DNA of 64,000 nucleotides. Origin: an uncultured Pseudomonadota bacterium (GTDB lineage: Bacteria > Desulfobacterota > Binatia > Binatales > Binataceae). The stretch covers positions 152,337 to 216,336 of the forward strand of contig CAWGQB010000016.1 in the NCBI GenBank assembly GCA_963824565.1. Direction: 5' to 3'. The notes under the pieces are model-generated. The model made no database searches. It was not told where the DNA came from and was given only the letters and a program-made list of their open reading frames with translations. A program made the position numbers and the translations under genes. Below, one piece after another: positions 20,054 through 30,504 of the stretch. The number at the start of each line of letters is the position of its first letter. The first letter of the stretch is position 1.

Positions 20054-21559
20054 ATGGCAGCGGCACCACGATTGGAAATTGCGGCTCAGGGAGCCAGGAG
20101 CCCCAGGACCCTGGAGTTTCTCAAGAGCGGTCCAAAACACCTTTTGATCAACGGCAAATGGGTTGCGGCGAAATCCGGCAAGACCTTTGAGAGCATCAAT
20201 CCCGCCAACGAGGAAGTGCTCGCCGAGGTCGCTGAAGCCGGTGAAGAGGATATCGACGAAGCGGTCAAGGCGGCGCGCAACGCCTTCGAGGACGGTCCGT
20301 GGAGCAAGATGAGGCCCCACGATCGGACCAAATATTTGCTGAAGATTGCCGACCTGATCGAGAAAAATCGCGAAGAGCTGGCGGAATTATCGTCGCTCGA
20401 CAATGGCGCCCCGATCATGGGCGGCAACGGACTGGTTACTTCCGCCAACGAGCTGTTCACCTATTTCGCCGGCTGGCCGACCAAGATCTACGGCGAGACC
20501 AATCCCTCCGCGCCTGACATGTTCAACTACACTTTGCGCGAACCGATCGGGGTGTGCGGGCAGATCATTCCCTGGAACGGGCCGCTGATGTCGGCGTCCA
20601 ACAAACTGGCGCACGCGCTTTCCACCGGCAATACCGTGGTGCTGAAGCCGGCCGAGCAGGCCTGTCTGGTGGTCCTGCGGCTGGGCGAACTGTTGATGGA
20701 AGCGGGAATTCCCGAAGGCGTGGTCAATATCGTGCCGGGGTTCGGTCCCGTGGCCGGGGCCGCGCTGAGCAACCATCCGGACGTCGACAAGCTTGCGTTT
20801 ACCGGCTCGACCACGACCGGCAAAGAGATCCTGAAGGCGTCGGTGGCGACGCTCAAGCATGTGTCGCTGGAGTTGGGCGGCAAATCGCCGCACATCATTT
20901 TCGCCGACTCCGACCTCGAAGGTGCGCTGAATTACGCCGCCATCGGTATTTTCGGCAACACCGGCCAGGCTTGTATCGCGGGTTCGCGGATCTTCGTCCA
21001 GGAAAAGATCCACGATCAGTTCGTCGAGGGACTGGTGAAAAAAGCCGGGCAGCACAAAATCGGCGCGCAGTTCGAGCCCGGCACCACGATGGGGCCGGTG
21101 GTCTCGAAAGTGCAGCATCAGCGCGTACTCGGTTATATCAACGCCGGCAAGGAGGAAGGGGCTCATGCCGCGACGGGCGGCGGTCCGGGGCCGCAGCCCA
21201 AAGGCTATTTCGTGCAGCCCACGGTTTTCACCGGCGTACGCAATGACATGAAGATCGCGCGCGAGGAGATTTTCGGTCCAGTGGCGGCGGTGATTCCCTT
21301 TAAGGACGAAAACGACGCGGTGTTTCAGGGCAACGACACCACTTATGGTCTGGCGGCCGGAATCTGGACCCGCGACATCAGCCGCGCGCACAAGGTGGCG
21401 CGCCGGCTGAAGGCCGGGACCGTCTGGATTAACTGCTACATGGTGTTGGACTTCACGATGCCATTTGGCGGTTACAAGCAATCGGGTCAGGGGCGCGAAT
21501 TCAGCAACCATTCGATCGATATGTACACGCAGGTGAAATCGGTGTTCGTGAAGTTATAG
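20054..21559 (+). CDS. NAD(P)+-dependent aldehyde dehydrogenase.
   Basis: 501 aa from the ATG at 20054. ALDH motifs present: catalytic Cys (GQACIAGSR), ELGGKSP, FTGST. Confidence 0.9.
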   Translation: MAAAPRLEIAAQGARSPRTLEFLKSGPKHLLINGKWVAAKSGKTFESINPANEEVLAEVAEAGEEDIDEAVKAARNAFEDGPWSKMRPHDRTKYLLKIADLIEKNREELAELSSLDNGAPIMGGNGLVTSANELFTYFAGWPTKIYGETNPSAPDMFNYTLREPIGVCGQIIPWNGPLMSASNKLAHALSTGNTVVLKPAEQACLVVLRLGELLMEAGIPEGVVNIVPGFGPVAGAALSNHPDVDKLAFTGSTTTGKEILKASVATLKHVSLELGGKSPHIIFADSDLEGALNYAAIGIFGNTGQACIAGSRIFVQEKIHDQFVEGLVKKAGQHKIGAQFEPGTTMGPVVSKVQHQRVLGYINAGKEEGAHAATGGGPGPQPKGYFVQPTVFTGVRNDMKIAREEIFGPVAAVIPFKDENDAVFQGNDTTYGLAAGIWTRDISRAHKVARRLKAGTVWINCYMVLDFTMPFGGYKQSGQGREFSNHSIDMYTQVKSVFVKL

Positions 21560-21778
21560 GGAGAAAGGTACCAAGCTCCGACAACCAATGAGTTGTCGGA
21601 GCTTGGACGATTAGCATTTGGCTGCGTGGGACAGGCTTCCAGCCTGTCATTTTCTTTCTCCCGCAACAGGTCCCGGAAAGAAGAGGACAGGTCTGAAGAG
21701 CGCGCCTGTCCAACGCAGCCAATTTAGACAGTAGTTTTGAAAGAACAATCTCCCGGTCTGCGCAAGGAGTGAAGTCTG

Positions 21779-22471
21779 ATGGCTGAAATCGGTCTGTTCG
21801 AAGCGATGTATTCGGCGCGCGCGTTGCGCCGGTTCAAACCTGATCCGGTTCCGGACGAGATTATCAGCAAAATTCTCGATGCGGCGATTCGCGCGCCCAC
21901 CGCGAGCAATTATCAGAACTGGGTCTTCATCGTGGTCAAAGACGCACAGCGCCGCCGACGCGTAGCGGAGGTCTATCGCAAAGTCGGCGACGGTATCCGG
22001 CCGGTGATCGCCAACCTTTTTCAAAGTACACAAGGCGCCGGACAAATGGCCGAGAGTCAGAGGCGCAAGCTGGGGAATTCGGTTTCGTACTTGTTTGAAA
22101 ATATGGATGTTCCGCCGGTGTTGCTCGTCGCATGCCTCAAACCAACGCCTCCGTATTGGGAAGGTGCGAATGTGTCCGGGAAGATTCTCGAAGGGATGAA
22201 GACGATGGCCCGGTTTGAGAGCTCAAGCATCTACCCTGCCGTCCAGAACATCATCCTGGCCTGCCGCGCTTATGGATTGGGAACCGTCCTGACCACGCTC
22301 CACGCGGTTTTGGAAGACGAGGTCAAGGCGGCGCTCGAAATTCCTAAGGAAGTCGATACCTGGGCGTTGCTGCCGATCGGCTATCCAGTCGACAAATTCG
22401 GACCCGTTAAGCGCAAGCCCATAAGCGAGGTTGCGTTTGCGGATCGCTGGGGCAATCCCTGGCCGGGCTGA
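21779..22471 (+). CDS. Nitroreductase-family protein, paralogue 2.
   Basis: MAEIGLFEAMYSARALRRFKPDPVPDEI…SSIYPAVQNIILACRAYGLGTVLTT…LPIGYP. 230 aa. Confidence 0.85.
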   Translation: MAEIGLFEAMYSARALRRFKPDPVPDEIISKILDAAIRAPTASNYQNWVFIVVKDAQRRRRVAEVYRKVGDGIRPVIANLFQSTQGAGQMAESQRRKLGNSVSYLFENMDVPPVLLVACLKPTPPYWEGANVSGKILEGMKTMARFESSSIYPAVQNIILACRAYGLGTVLTTLHAVLEDEVKAALEIPKEVDTWALLPIGYPVDKFGPVKRKPISEVAFADRWGNPWPG

Positions 22472-22501
22472 CATTGCATGGAGGTATAGGAGCAAATTTC
22501 A

Positions 22502-23188
22502 ATGGCTGAAATAGGATTGTTCGAAGCTATCTATAGCGCCCGCGCGCTGCGCCGGCTGAAACCGGACCCGGTGCCCGACGAGATAATCGCCAAGGTGATC
22601 GACGCCGGAATCCGTGCTCCTTCGGGCGCCAACAACCAGAATTGGATCTTCGTGGTGATCAAGGATGCGGACAAACGCGCAAAGATCGGCGAACTCTACC
22701 GCAAAGCCGGACAAGCGTTCATGGCACTCTATCGTGACGCGCCGCGGCCGGCCCATGTAAGTGAGAAGGCATACGCGCGCATGACCGCGTCGGCGGCGTA
22801 TCTGTTCGAACATTTGCACGAAGTTCCGGTGCTGCTGCTCGCCTGCTTGAATCCTCCGAAAATGCCACCCGCCAGAGGTTCATTGCCGCCTGAGATGGCC
22901 AATGCGGGCAAGGTGGCGCCGCGGTTGTCGGGTTCGAGTATCTATCCTGCCGTGCAGAATATTATCCTGGCATGCCGCGCGTTCGGCCTCGGCACGGTTC
23001 TCACCACGGGCGTTACCTACCTCGAAGACCAAGTCAAGGCGGTGCTCGGTCTGCCTGCGCAGATCGAGACCTACGCGTTGCTGCCGATTGGTTACCCGTT
23101 GGAAGGCCATGGTTATGGACCAGTCCGGCGCATGCCGGTCAACCAGGTGACCTTCCTCGACTCATGGGGCAACAACTGGCCGAAATAG
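22502..23188 (+). CDS. Nitroreductase-family protein, paralogue 3, in tandem with paralogue 2.
   Basis: MAEIGLFEAIYSARALRRLKPDPVPDEI…SSIYPAVQNIILACRAFGLGTVLTT. 228 aa. It shares its N-terminus almost verbatim with the other two copies. Confidence 0.85.
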   Translation: MAEIGLFEAIYSARALRRLKPDPVPDEIIAKVIDAGIRAPSGANNQNWIFVVIKDADKRAKIGELYRKAGQAFMALYRDAPRPAHVSEKAYARMTASAAYLFEHLHEVPVLLLACLNPPKMPPARGSLPPEMANAGKVAPRLSGSSIYPAVQNIILACRAFGLGTVLTTGVTYLEDQVKAVLGLPAQIETYALLPIGYPLEGHGYGPVRRMPVNQVTFLDSWGNNWPK

Positions 23189-23467
23189 AGGGTGCGAGTT
23201 AGCCTGCAATAACGCTGCTCGTGCTTATGGTCGTTGTGTATCAATGCGTTGGTGTTAATTCAGGTCTATCAATGACTGTCCAGCCCTCCATAAGCGCTAA
23301 GCTTAGATTGCTCCAAGCCAGTGGCGCGGGCGTCCCGCCAGCCGCTCCACGGGCGAGCAACGCTTTGGCGCCGCGCCGTCCGCACCGAAATTTTTAGGTT
23401 GGCGCTGATGAGACGGTAGGGTGGGGGTGCCGGTCCTGCACAAAGGCGCTGGCGCAGAAGGCAAACA

Positions 23468-23495
23468 CCCTCTCCCGTGACTTAACGGGAGAGGG
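23468..23495 (+). repeat. Perfect 10-bp inverted repeat (stem-loop) in a 470-bp intergenic region.
   Basis: CCCTCTCCCG – tgacttaa – CGGGAGAGGG. There is no T-tract after it, so it is not a canonical intrinsic terminator. Confidence 0.6.
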
Positions 23496-23664
23496 AGTCA
23501 GAAATGGTTCCAGCGGGCTGGGCAAAACCGCAATGCGGCTACTGGTAACCGGCGGGGCTCTCTGCTAAAAGCGAAACAATCGCGAAGGTGATGATTTGGC
23601 GCGCCTGTCCAGGTGTGGAGCGTCGAAACGGGTTTCGATTGTGGTTGCGGCCGTGGCGGTGAGT

Positions 23665-25609
23665 ATGACTATCCGGGAAAAGCTTTATGCGTTGTTGGAG
23701 AGTCGGCCCGAGGGGGTGGCGACCTCCGATCTGATGGGGGTGGTCTTCGCCGGATACGGCTCCGATCCTGACCTGACGGACCGTATCGTACATCAATTGT
23801 TGGGGACTGACTCCACTTTCGTCTACGACCCTGAGCATCAGCGATGGTCCACGCGCGAACACGTCGCGCTCAGGATGCCGTCCATCGAGGCCGAGTACGT
23901 CGTGGTCGATCTCGAGACCACCGGAGGGGCGCCGGGCGCTGGAGGTATCATTGAAATCGGCGCCTGCCGCATGATTGGTCCCCGAATCGGGGAAACCTTT
24001 CAGAGCCTGGTGCGCCCCTGGAGTCGGATACCCAGGTTCATCAGCGCGATGACCTCGATTAGCAACGAGATGGTGGCGCAAGCGCCGCCGATCGAGGAAG
24101 TGCTGCCGCGGTTCAGGCGCTTTCTGGGCGACGCCGTGCTGGTGGCGCATAACGCGCAGTTCGATTCCGCGTTCCTGGATTTCGAGTTCCGCCGCCTGTT
24201 CGCGATTGGACTCAGGAACCCAATCCTTTGCACGCTTCGGCTGGCGCGCCGGCTACTGCCTTCAATGCGCCGGCGCGGCCTGGACGCGATGGCGGAACAT
24301 TTCGGCCTTTCCACCCGCGACCGCCATCGCGGCTTTGGCGACGCCCGCATGGCCGCGGAATTGTTGTCGATTTTTCTCGATATGGCCGGCCAGATGGGGA
24401 TCAAAAGGCTGGACCGGCTGCTCGAATTTCAGCATGCCGGTTCTTCCGGGCGGCGCATCGAACGGCATGTTCCGCCCGAAGCGATCGCCGCTCTTCCCAC
24501 CGCGCCGGGCGTCTACCTGATGCATAACGAACGCGGCGCCGTGCTTTACATCGGAATGGCGCGGAACCTTAAGCGCCGCGTCAGTTCATATTTCAATGGC
24601 GGGATGGGCCTGCGGTCCAGGATGATCGAGCTGATAAATCACGTCTGGTCGATCGAGACCCGCACCGCCCGCTCCTCGCTCGAGGCCGCGCTACTGGAAG
24701 CGCGGCTGATCCGCGAGCTAAAGCCGCCCTATAACCGGATGCTGAAAAGCTCCCCGCAGGCGTATATCGTCAAGCTTGACATGACCGATCCATTTCCGCG
24801 GCTGAGCCTGAGCACGGTTTTGAGCCGGCGCCAGGGGTTGGTCCAGCTCGGTCCATATATCGGACGTCGCAGTCCCCGGCGCGCGATCGATACGCTCTCA
24901 CGCCTGATGCGTCTTCGGACATGCAACGGTCGGCTGAAGCCTGAGGCTGCGGCCTCGCCCTGTGTCTATGGCCAAATCGGCCACTGCACCAAGCCCTGCG
25001 ACTTAAGCGTGGATCAAGACTCGTATGACGCACAGGTGCGGCGGGCGATGGAGTTCCTGCGCGGACGCACAGGTCCGATACTGACCCAACTCGCGGCGGC
25101 GCGCGACCAGTCGGCCCGCGCGATGCGATTTGAGGAAGCCCAGCGCCATCAGCGCGACCTCGACGCGCTAAGCCTTCTCGCTTCGCGTGAGCGGCGGCTG
25201 AGCCGCGCGGTGGAGGAGAACAACCTGGTGATAATCGACGGCGGCCTGGCCTTTGTGGTCCTCAGTGGCAGGTTGGCTTATCAGGCCGAGCTCGGACTCC
25301 TCCCAGGCGGCGCGCGAGCTGGCGGCGTTCGTGGCGGCTAATTACGGCCGTTACCAGGGACGGTCAATCGCGAAGACTGAGCTTGAACCGATGCTTATCG
25401 TGTCGCGATGGCTGCGGGAGAGGAGGGCGGATGAGGGGCGGCTGCTGTTCTTCGACGGTCCCTTCCTGCCGCTGCAGGCCCTCATGGGGCATTGCGCGGC
25501 GGCGGCATCCAACGCGGACGCAATGATTGGAGCCGGCGGCGCCGGGGCGAGTTTTGCCGGAGTCTTCCAGTTCGGGACGCTGGTTACTCAGCCGCGCTCG
25601 TCGGAATAA
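23665..25609 (+). CDS. DEDDh 3'-5' exonuclease (DnaQ/epsilon-like) fused to a GIY-YIG/UvrC-like nuclease domain, with an apparent frameshift near 25295.
   Basis: Exonuclease motifs: YVVVDLETTG (Exo I), VAHNAQFDSAFL (Exo II), …HRGFGDARMAAEL (Exo III). GIY-YIG motif: PGVYLMHNERGAVLYIGMARNLKRRVSSY. The C-terminal ~100 aa continue in the 25253 frame. Confidence 0.75.
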
Positions 25610-26449
25610 ATCCGACCGTACCGTCGCGCAGCGTTACTTGCAGCCAATCCCCGCTTATGCCGGTGACGCGAACCCACTTGCGCCGATGTACCTGGGCTAC
25701 AACACCACTGGTGCTGTTCGCGTTCTGATAGACGGGAGAGTTATGCGTTAGAAGAAACCGCCGGTTCAGCGGTTTCATTGGTTTCGGCGCGGTCAACGCC
25801 GCGTGAGTGCGGCGCAGGCGGCGGAGCGGTGGAGGCGAGAGCTGGGCGGTCGCCGCCGATGATTCCGCAGGCGGAGTTGCGGAATCAGGCACCAGCGTCG
25901 GGTCAAGCTCTTTTACCCGGGCATATTCTTCGTCCGCGCTGGGCCGCTCGTTGGGGATTGTGGCCAGGAAATTGGCCAGGGCCAGATGCAGCTTGGCGTC
26001 GCCGGGCGCAAGACCAGCCGCCGTACGCAACTCGATCTCGGCCTGCCCGACCTGGTTGCGGCGATTCAGCACCATGAGCCAGCTCTCGCCGGTATTCCGG
26101 AAATGACGGATCCAGCGCAACCGCCGCCCGCAGTTGGTTTTCGGCCGAACCCCATTGCGAGCGCGCGGAATAAAGTTTGGCCAGTGCCAGATGACTTTCC
26201 GGATCGTCAGGATCCAGGCCCGCGGCCTTGGTGTACTCGACTTCGGCCGCTGGATAGTTGTGCTCGAACAGGAAAAGGTCGCCGAGTTTGAGATGCGCCG
26301 TAGGGATTATTGGGCGCCAGCTTAACCGCGGTTTCGTAATCCTCCTGGGCGTTTCCCAACTGGTTGTCATGCATGGCCTGGTCGCCGGCCTTGAGGTAAT
26401 TGCCGGGCGACCGGCGCTCGCACCCGAACGCCAACAGGAGTGGCACCAC
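25584..26449 (-). CDS. TPR-repeat protein with a C-terminal SH3b-like domain, fragmented over three frames.
   Basis: TPR-like helices (…YETAVKLAPNNP…, …AEVEYTKAAGLDPDDPESHLALAKLY…, …LALANFLATIP…) and a C-terminal …VAQVHRRKWVRVTGISGDWLQVTLRDGTVGFIP (SH3b-like) are spread across ORFs 26207-26449, 25903-26550 and 25584-26120. Confidence 0.5.
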
Positions 26450-26712
26450 GAATCAAAATTGCGGCCACTGCCACCTTTCGCGGCGGTCGGGCACTGAGAA
26501 CTGTCTCCATCATCTGAATCTCCACCGCGAATTCCCGCCCCAACATCCACTAATTAAATTGTGGGGCCGGGATCAGTCCTTCGGCAAGGATCTGCTCATG
26601 GAGCAGACCGGCGGACGGCAAAAATCCTACGCTGGACTGAGAGCGCGCTTGCCTAAATCCGACCCCTCAAGAGGCTTGCGCAACGCCCGTGAGCATCGGC
26701 TATATAGAATGC

Positions 26713-27304
26713 GTGCGTGCGCTTCTTATCGCGGCCAAGGAACTGACTTTTGCCAAGACTCGCTTGGGCAGCTCTGCCCCAGCGTCAGCGCGAGCTTTTG
26801 GCCCGGGCCATGTTTCGCGACGTGCTTGCCGCCGCACTCAGCTTCAAGCCGGCGGACTGCGTCGCAGTGGTCAGTTCGGATGGCGCTTTGCTGGACGAGG
26901 CCCGGCGTTGCGGCGCAATGGCGATCGACGAGCGCTACCCGCGCGGGCTGAACGCCGCGGTCGCGCTCGCCACCCGGGAGCTAATCGCCGCCGGCGCGAC
27001 GACGCTTTGCACGCTCCTGTCAGATACTCCGTTGGTGACCGCGGCGGATATCGGGCAGGTTTTCGCCGCGGCCTCCGGGCAGCCGGGGGTGGTCCTGGTA
27101 CCTTCGCGTGACGCCAGAGGGACTAACATTATCCTGCGCAGTCCCGCCGATGTGATTCCCACCCGCTTTGGCAAGCGCAGCCTGGCGCTACATCGTTCGG
27201 AATGCGAGCGGCTGGGGGTGCCATGCAAAGTGCTGCATCTGTCTGGGCCGGCGATGGACCTGGACGAAGTGTCGGACTTAAGGGACTTCATAAGATGTGG
27301 CTAA
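26713..27304 (+). CDS. cofC: 2-phospho-L-lactate guanylyltransferase CofC/FbiD (F420 biosynthesis), with an apparent frameshift near 26775.
   Basis: VRALLIAAKELTFAKTRLG (frame 1) then ALPQRQRELLARAMFRDVLAAAL…LLSDTPLV…VLVPSRDARGTNIIL…FGKRSLALH (frame 2). Colinear with the CofC/FbiD family. Confidence 0.7.
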
Positions 27305-27659
27305 TGCCACGCATACATTGTCACAACTTGCGAGCTTTGAGCTTGCATTGTCATAGTTATCGCGCTTCAATGTTCCGGCGTGATTCCAAGGATTCGCTCA
27401 TCTCGCGTTGCTGATGGGCTCGCGCTATTGCGAGCATTCGGTGGATGCGCTTGAATTTGAGAGCTTTGGTCCGCGGCTTCGGGCCCTGTGACCGGTTTAT
27501 CGATTAGCAAATGTACCATCGGGAATCCGCGTTAGAATCAACGCCCAAGCCAACCGCCCGGCTGGCCTTATAATAATACAGTCGGCCGCCAGATCCTTCT
27601 TGAAATGAGTGCCCCGACAGGCATCGACACCTCCGCCAAGCTCCCCGTGATCGCCCCGA

Positions 27660-28421
27660 TTGAACGCCTTGGTGCGTGCGGTGCTGGAGGCCATAATCGC
27701 GCTGGGGCGATTCGTGCTGTTCCTGTTGTCAGCCTTGGCCGAAGCGGTGATACCGCCGTACAAGGTGCGGCTGATTCTGCGTCAGATCCGCACAATCGGC
27801 GCCGAATCGTTCTTCCTGATCGCGCTGATCGGAATTTTCACCGGGATGGTGCTCGGCTTGCAGGGCGAGTTCACGCTGCGGAAATTTGGCTCCGAAGGGG
27901 CCTTGGGAACCGTGGTATCGCTGGTCCTGGTGCGCGAACTGGGTCCGGTGCTGACGGCTTTGATGATCGCCGCGCGGGCCGGTTCCGCGATGGCGGCTGA
28001 AATCGGCTCGATGCAGGTTACGGAGCAGCTCGACGCCTTGACCGTGATGGCGATCAATCCGATCCAATACCTGGTGTCGCCGCGAATCCTGGCCGCCGTG
28101 ATAAGCTTTCCCCTGCTGACCGCGATGTTCGACGTGATCGGAATAATGGGCGGCTATGGGGTTGGCGTCGGGTTGATGGGCGCGCCGTCTTCCAGTTACT
28201 TCAGCGGTATCGCGCAAAACTTGACCGGCGATGACATCCGCGGAGGCCTCTACAAAGCGCTGGTGTTTGGACTGATCGTGGCCTGGGTATCGTGTTACAA
28301 GGGTTATAATGCGCAAAGAATGGCGACCGGGGTCAGCCGCGCCACCACCGAAGCGGTGGTGCTTTCCAGCGTGCTGATCCTGGTGTTCGACTATTTCCTG
28401 ACTTCGCTGCTGCTAAAATGA
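27660..28421 (+). CDS. mlaE: Mla/Ttg2 ABC transporter permease MlaE.
   Basis: 253 aa polytopic membrane protein, first gene of an E-F-D-C-A Mla/Mce operon. Conserved MlaE core (…GAESFFLIALIGIFTGMVLGLQG…). Confidence 0.85.
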   Translation: MNALVRAVLEAIIALGRFVLFLLSALAEAVIPPYKVRLILRQIRTIGAESFFLIALIGIFTGMVLGLQGEFTLRKFGSEGALGTVVSLVLVRELGPVLTALMIAARAGSAMAAEIGSMQVTEQLDALTVMAINPIQYLVSPRILAAVISFPLLTAMFDVIGIMGGYGVGVGLMGAPSSSYFSGIAQNLTGDDIRGGLYKALVFGLIVAWVSCYKGYNAQRMATGVSRATTEAVVLSSVLILVFDYFLTSLLLK

Positions 28422-29219
28422 CCGCCGATAACTCCAATCCGATTGCAATCAAGGTCAGCGGCCTGCGCAAGCAATTTGGGTCGCAGCAGGTGCTCGACGG
28501 CGTCGAGCTTGAATGCCCGCGCGGCCAGATCACCACGATCGTGGGTCCGAGCGGTTGCGGCAAGACCGTCTTCCTCAAGCATTTGATGCTGTTGATGAAG
28601 CCGGATGCGGGTCAAATCGTAATCAACGGCGTCGAGGTGACAAAGTTGGGCTTCGAGGATGCTCGATTCGGTCCGGGAGCAGTTCGGGGTGCTGTTCCAG
28701 GGCGGCGCACTGTTCGATTCTCTGACGGTGTTTCAAAACGTCGCCTTTCCGCTGGTCGAGAAGACGCGGCTGGGCCGCGACGAAATTGCCGCGGCGGTCC
28801 ACGAAAAACTTGCCGCTGTCGGGCTCGAAGGTATGGGCCATAAGTATCCGTCGGAAATGAGCGGAGGAATGCAGAAGCGGGCCGCGCTGGCGAGAGCTTT
28901 GATTCGCAATCCGAAAATCCTTTATCTGGACGAGCCGACCACCGGATTGGATCCGACCCGCACCGGGTCGATTCACAGCCTGATTCGCCGCACCCATGAA
29001 AAATTCGGGCTTCACGGTGGTGATGGTCAGTCACGACGTGCCTGACGTGTTTGAGATCTCCGATCGAGTGGCCTTTATGAATCAAGGGAAAATGCGTCTT
29101 AACGGGACCGTGACGGAGGTCAGCGCGCGCATGACCCGATATTCGAACAGTTTTTGGCCGGTAGAGCATCGCCGGACGATGAGCCGGAGCTCGCTGAGGC
29201 CCCCGAGACGAGGGTTTAA
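28418..29219 (+). CDS. mlaF: Mla ABC transporter ATP-binding protein MlaF, with three apparent frameshifts near 28650, 28995 and 29125.
   Basis: Walker A GPSGCGKT (frame A). Q-loop, signature LSGGMQKR and Walker B ILYLDEPTTGLDP (frame B). H-loop VVMVSHD (frame A). C-terminal …DPIFEQFLAG… (frame C). Ends TAATG, overlapping the mlaD start. Confidence 0.8.
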
Positions 29220-29761
29220 TGTACGCCAGCCGTACCACTCAGTTTATTGTTGGACTGTTCGCCTTGGCCGGACTCGCGGCCCTGGCTTTTCTTTCGTTTC
29301 GCTTGGGCAAATTGGAATTGTTCGCCACTCCCGGTTACGTGCTTTACGCGAATTTCGACAATGTTTCCGGGCTCAAGGATGGCGATAACGTCGAGATCGC
29401 GGGCGTTGCGGTGGGCAAAGTCGTGTCGATTACGCTGAAAGACGAACGCGCGCGGGTCAAAATGCATATCGATAATGGGGTGGAAATTGATGACGAAGCG
29501 ATCGCGGCGGTGCGGACGCGCGGTATCATCGGTGACAAGTATGTTGGCGATCTCGCCTGGCCCAGCGACCATAACCTATCCAACGGTGGGGTGATACGTC
29601 AGACTGAATCGGCGTTCGTTTTGGAAGATGCAATCGGGCAGTTGATCAATAATATGGGTTCGGGGGGCAGCAAGAAGCAATGTGCGGATAAAGGTGGCGA
29701 TGAAGACACTCCAAGCCATTACCGATCCTGGCGCTCCGAAACCTCAGCCGCCGCAAAGTAG
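29219..29761 (+). CDS. mlaD: MlaD (Mce-domain periplasmic substrate-binding component).
   Basis: N-terminal transmembrane helix plus Mce domain (…GLKDGDNVEIAGVAVGKVVSI…). Translationally coupled to mlaF. Confidence 0.8.
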   Translation: MYASRTTQFIVGLFALAGLAALAFLSFRLGKLELFATPGYVLYANFDNVSGLKDGDNVEIAGVAVGKVVSITLKDERARVKMHIDNGVEIDDEAIAAVRTRGIIGDKYVGDLAWPSDHNLSNGGVIRQTESAFVLEDAIGQLINNMGSGGSKKQCADKGGDEDTPSHYRSWRSETSAAAK

Positions 29762-29771
29762 GCGGTCGGCG

Positions 29772-30379
29772 ATGTCACGCTTGAGCGTGGCGGCGTTGGC
29801 GGTCACGCTGATTGGCGGTTTGCGCCGCGCCGATTATGGCGTCTGACGATCCCATGGCGGCTGTCAAGGGGACGGTCGACCAGGTTTTATCCATCGTTCA
29901 GGATCCCTGCCTACAAGTCTGCGACCACCGAACGGCGGCAAAAGCTGCGTCAGATTATCCTGCCACACTTCGATTTCTCCGCTATGTCCCGGTCGGCTAT
30001 GGGCTACCATTGGCGGACACTGTCGCAAACCCAACGCGACCAGTTTGTGCATGAGTTCACAGAGCTGCTCGCGGCCTCCTATATGGGCAAGATCGAGGGC
30101 TACAAGGGACAGAAGATCCTCTATGGGAAGGAAACCCAGAACGGAGACGATGCCCAGGTCGACACCAGTATCGCCCAGTCAGGTAGCGACGCGATCTCGG
30201 TCAATTACCGCCTTGAGCAGTCCGGCGGCACCTGGAAAGTTTATGACGTTCTGGTCGACGGGATCAGCCTGGTGGGCAACTATCGCAATCAGTTCAACCG
30301 CATCATGAACAACAAGGGTTACAACGCGCTGATCGCGGCGATACAGCAAAAGGTGCAGTCGATCGATTCGGGGAGTTAG
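29772..30379 (+). CDS. mlaC: MlaC/Ttg2D periplasmic lipid-binding protein, with two apparent frameshifts near 29835 and 29905.
   Basis: Signal peptide MSRLSVAALAVTLIGG (frame 1). …DDPMAAVKGTVDQVLSIVQDP (frame 2). …AYKSATTERRQKLRQIILPHFDFSAMSRSAMGYHWRTLSQTQRDQFVHEFTELL… (frame 3). Toluene-tolerance Ttg2D family. Confidence 0.75.
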
Positions 30380-30504
30380 TGTCGTCTTTGCACGATCCCT
30401 ATATATGACGATTTTTGTAACTGCGATAGCTTTGACCGGCTATTTTGGTTGCTATAAGAAACTTAATGGGCCGGTTGAAAGACTTTAGACCCGCCCACCG
30501 GGAG

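Noticed and set aside
20387-21511. 374-aa minus-strand ORF, and several 100-230-aa ORFs on both strands within 20.0-21.6 kb.
   Set aside because: They overlap the ALDH gene, which has clear family motifs. The alternatives are low-complexity.
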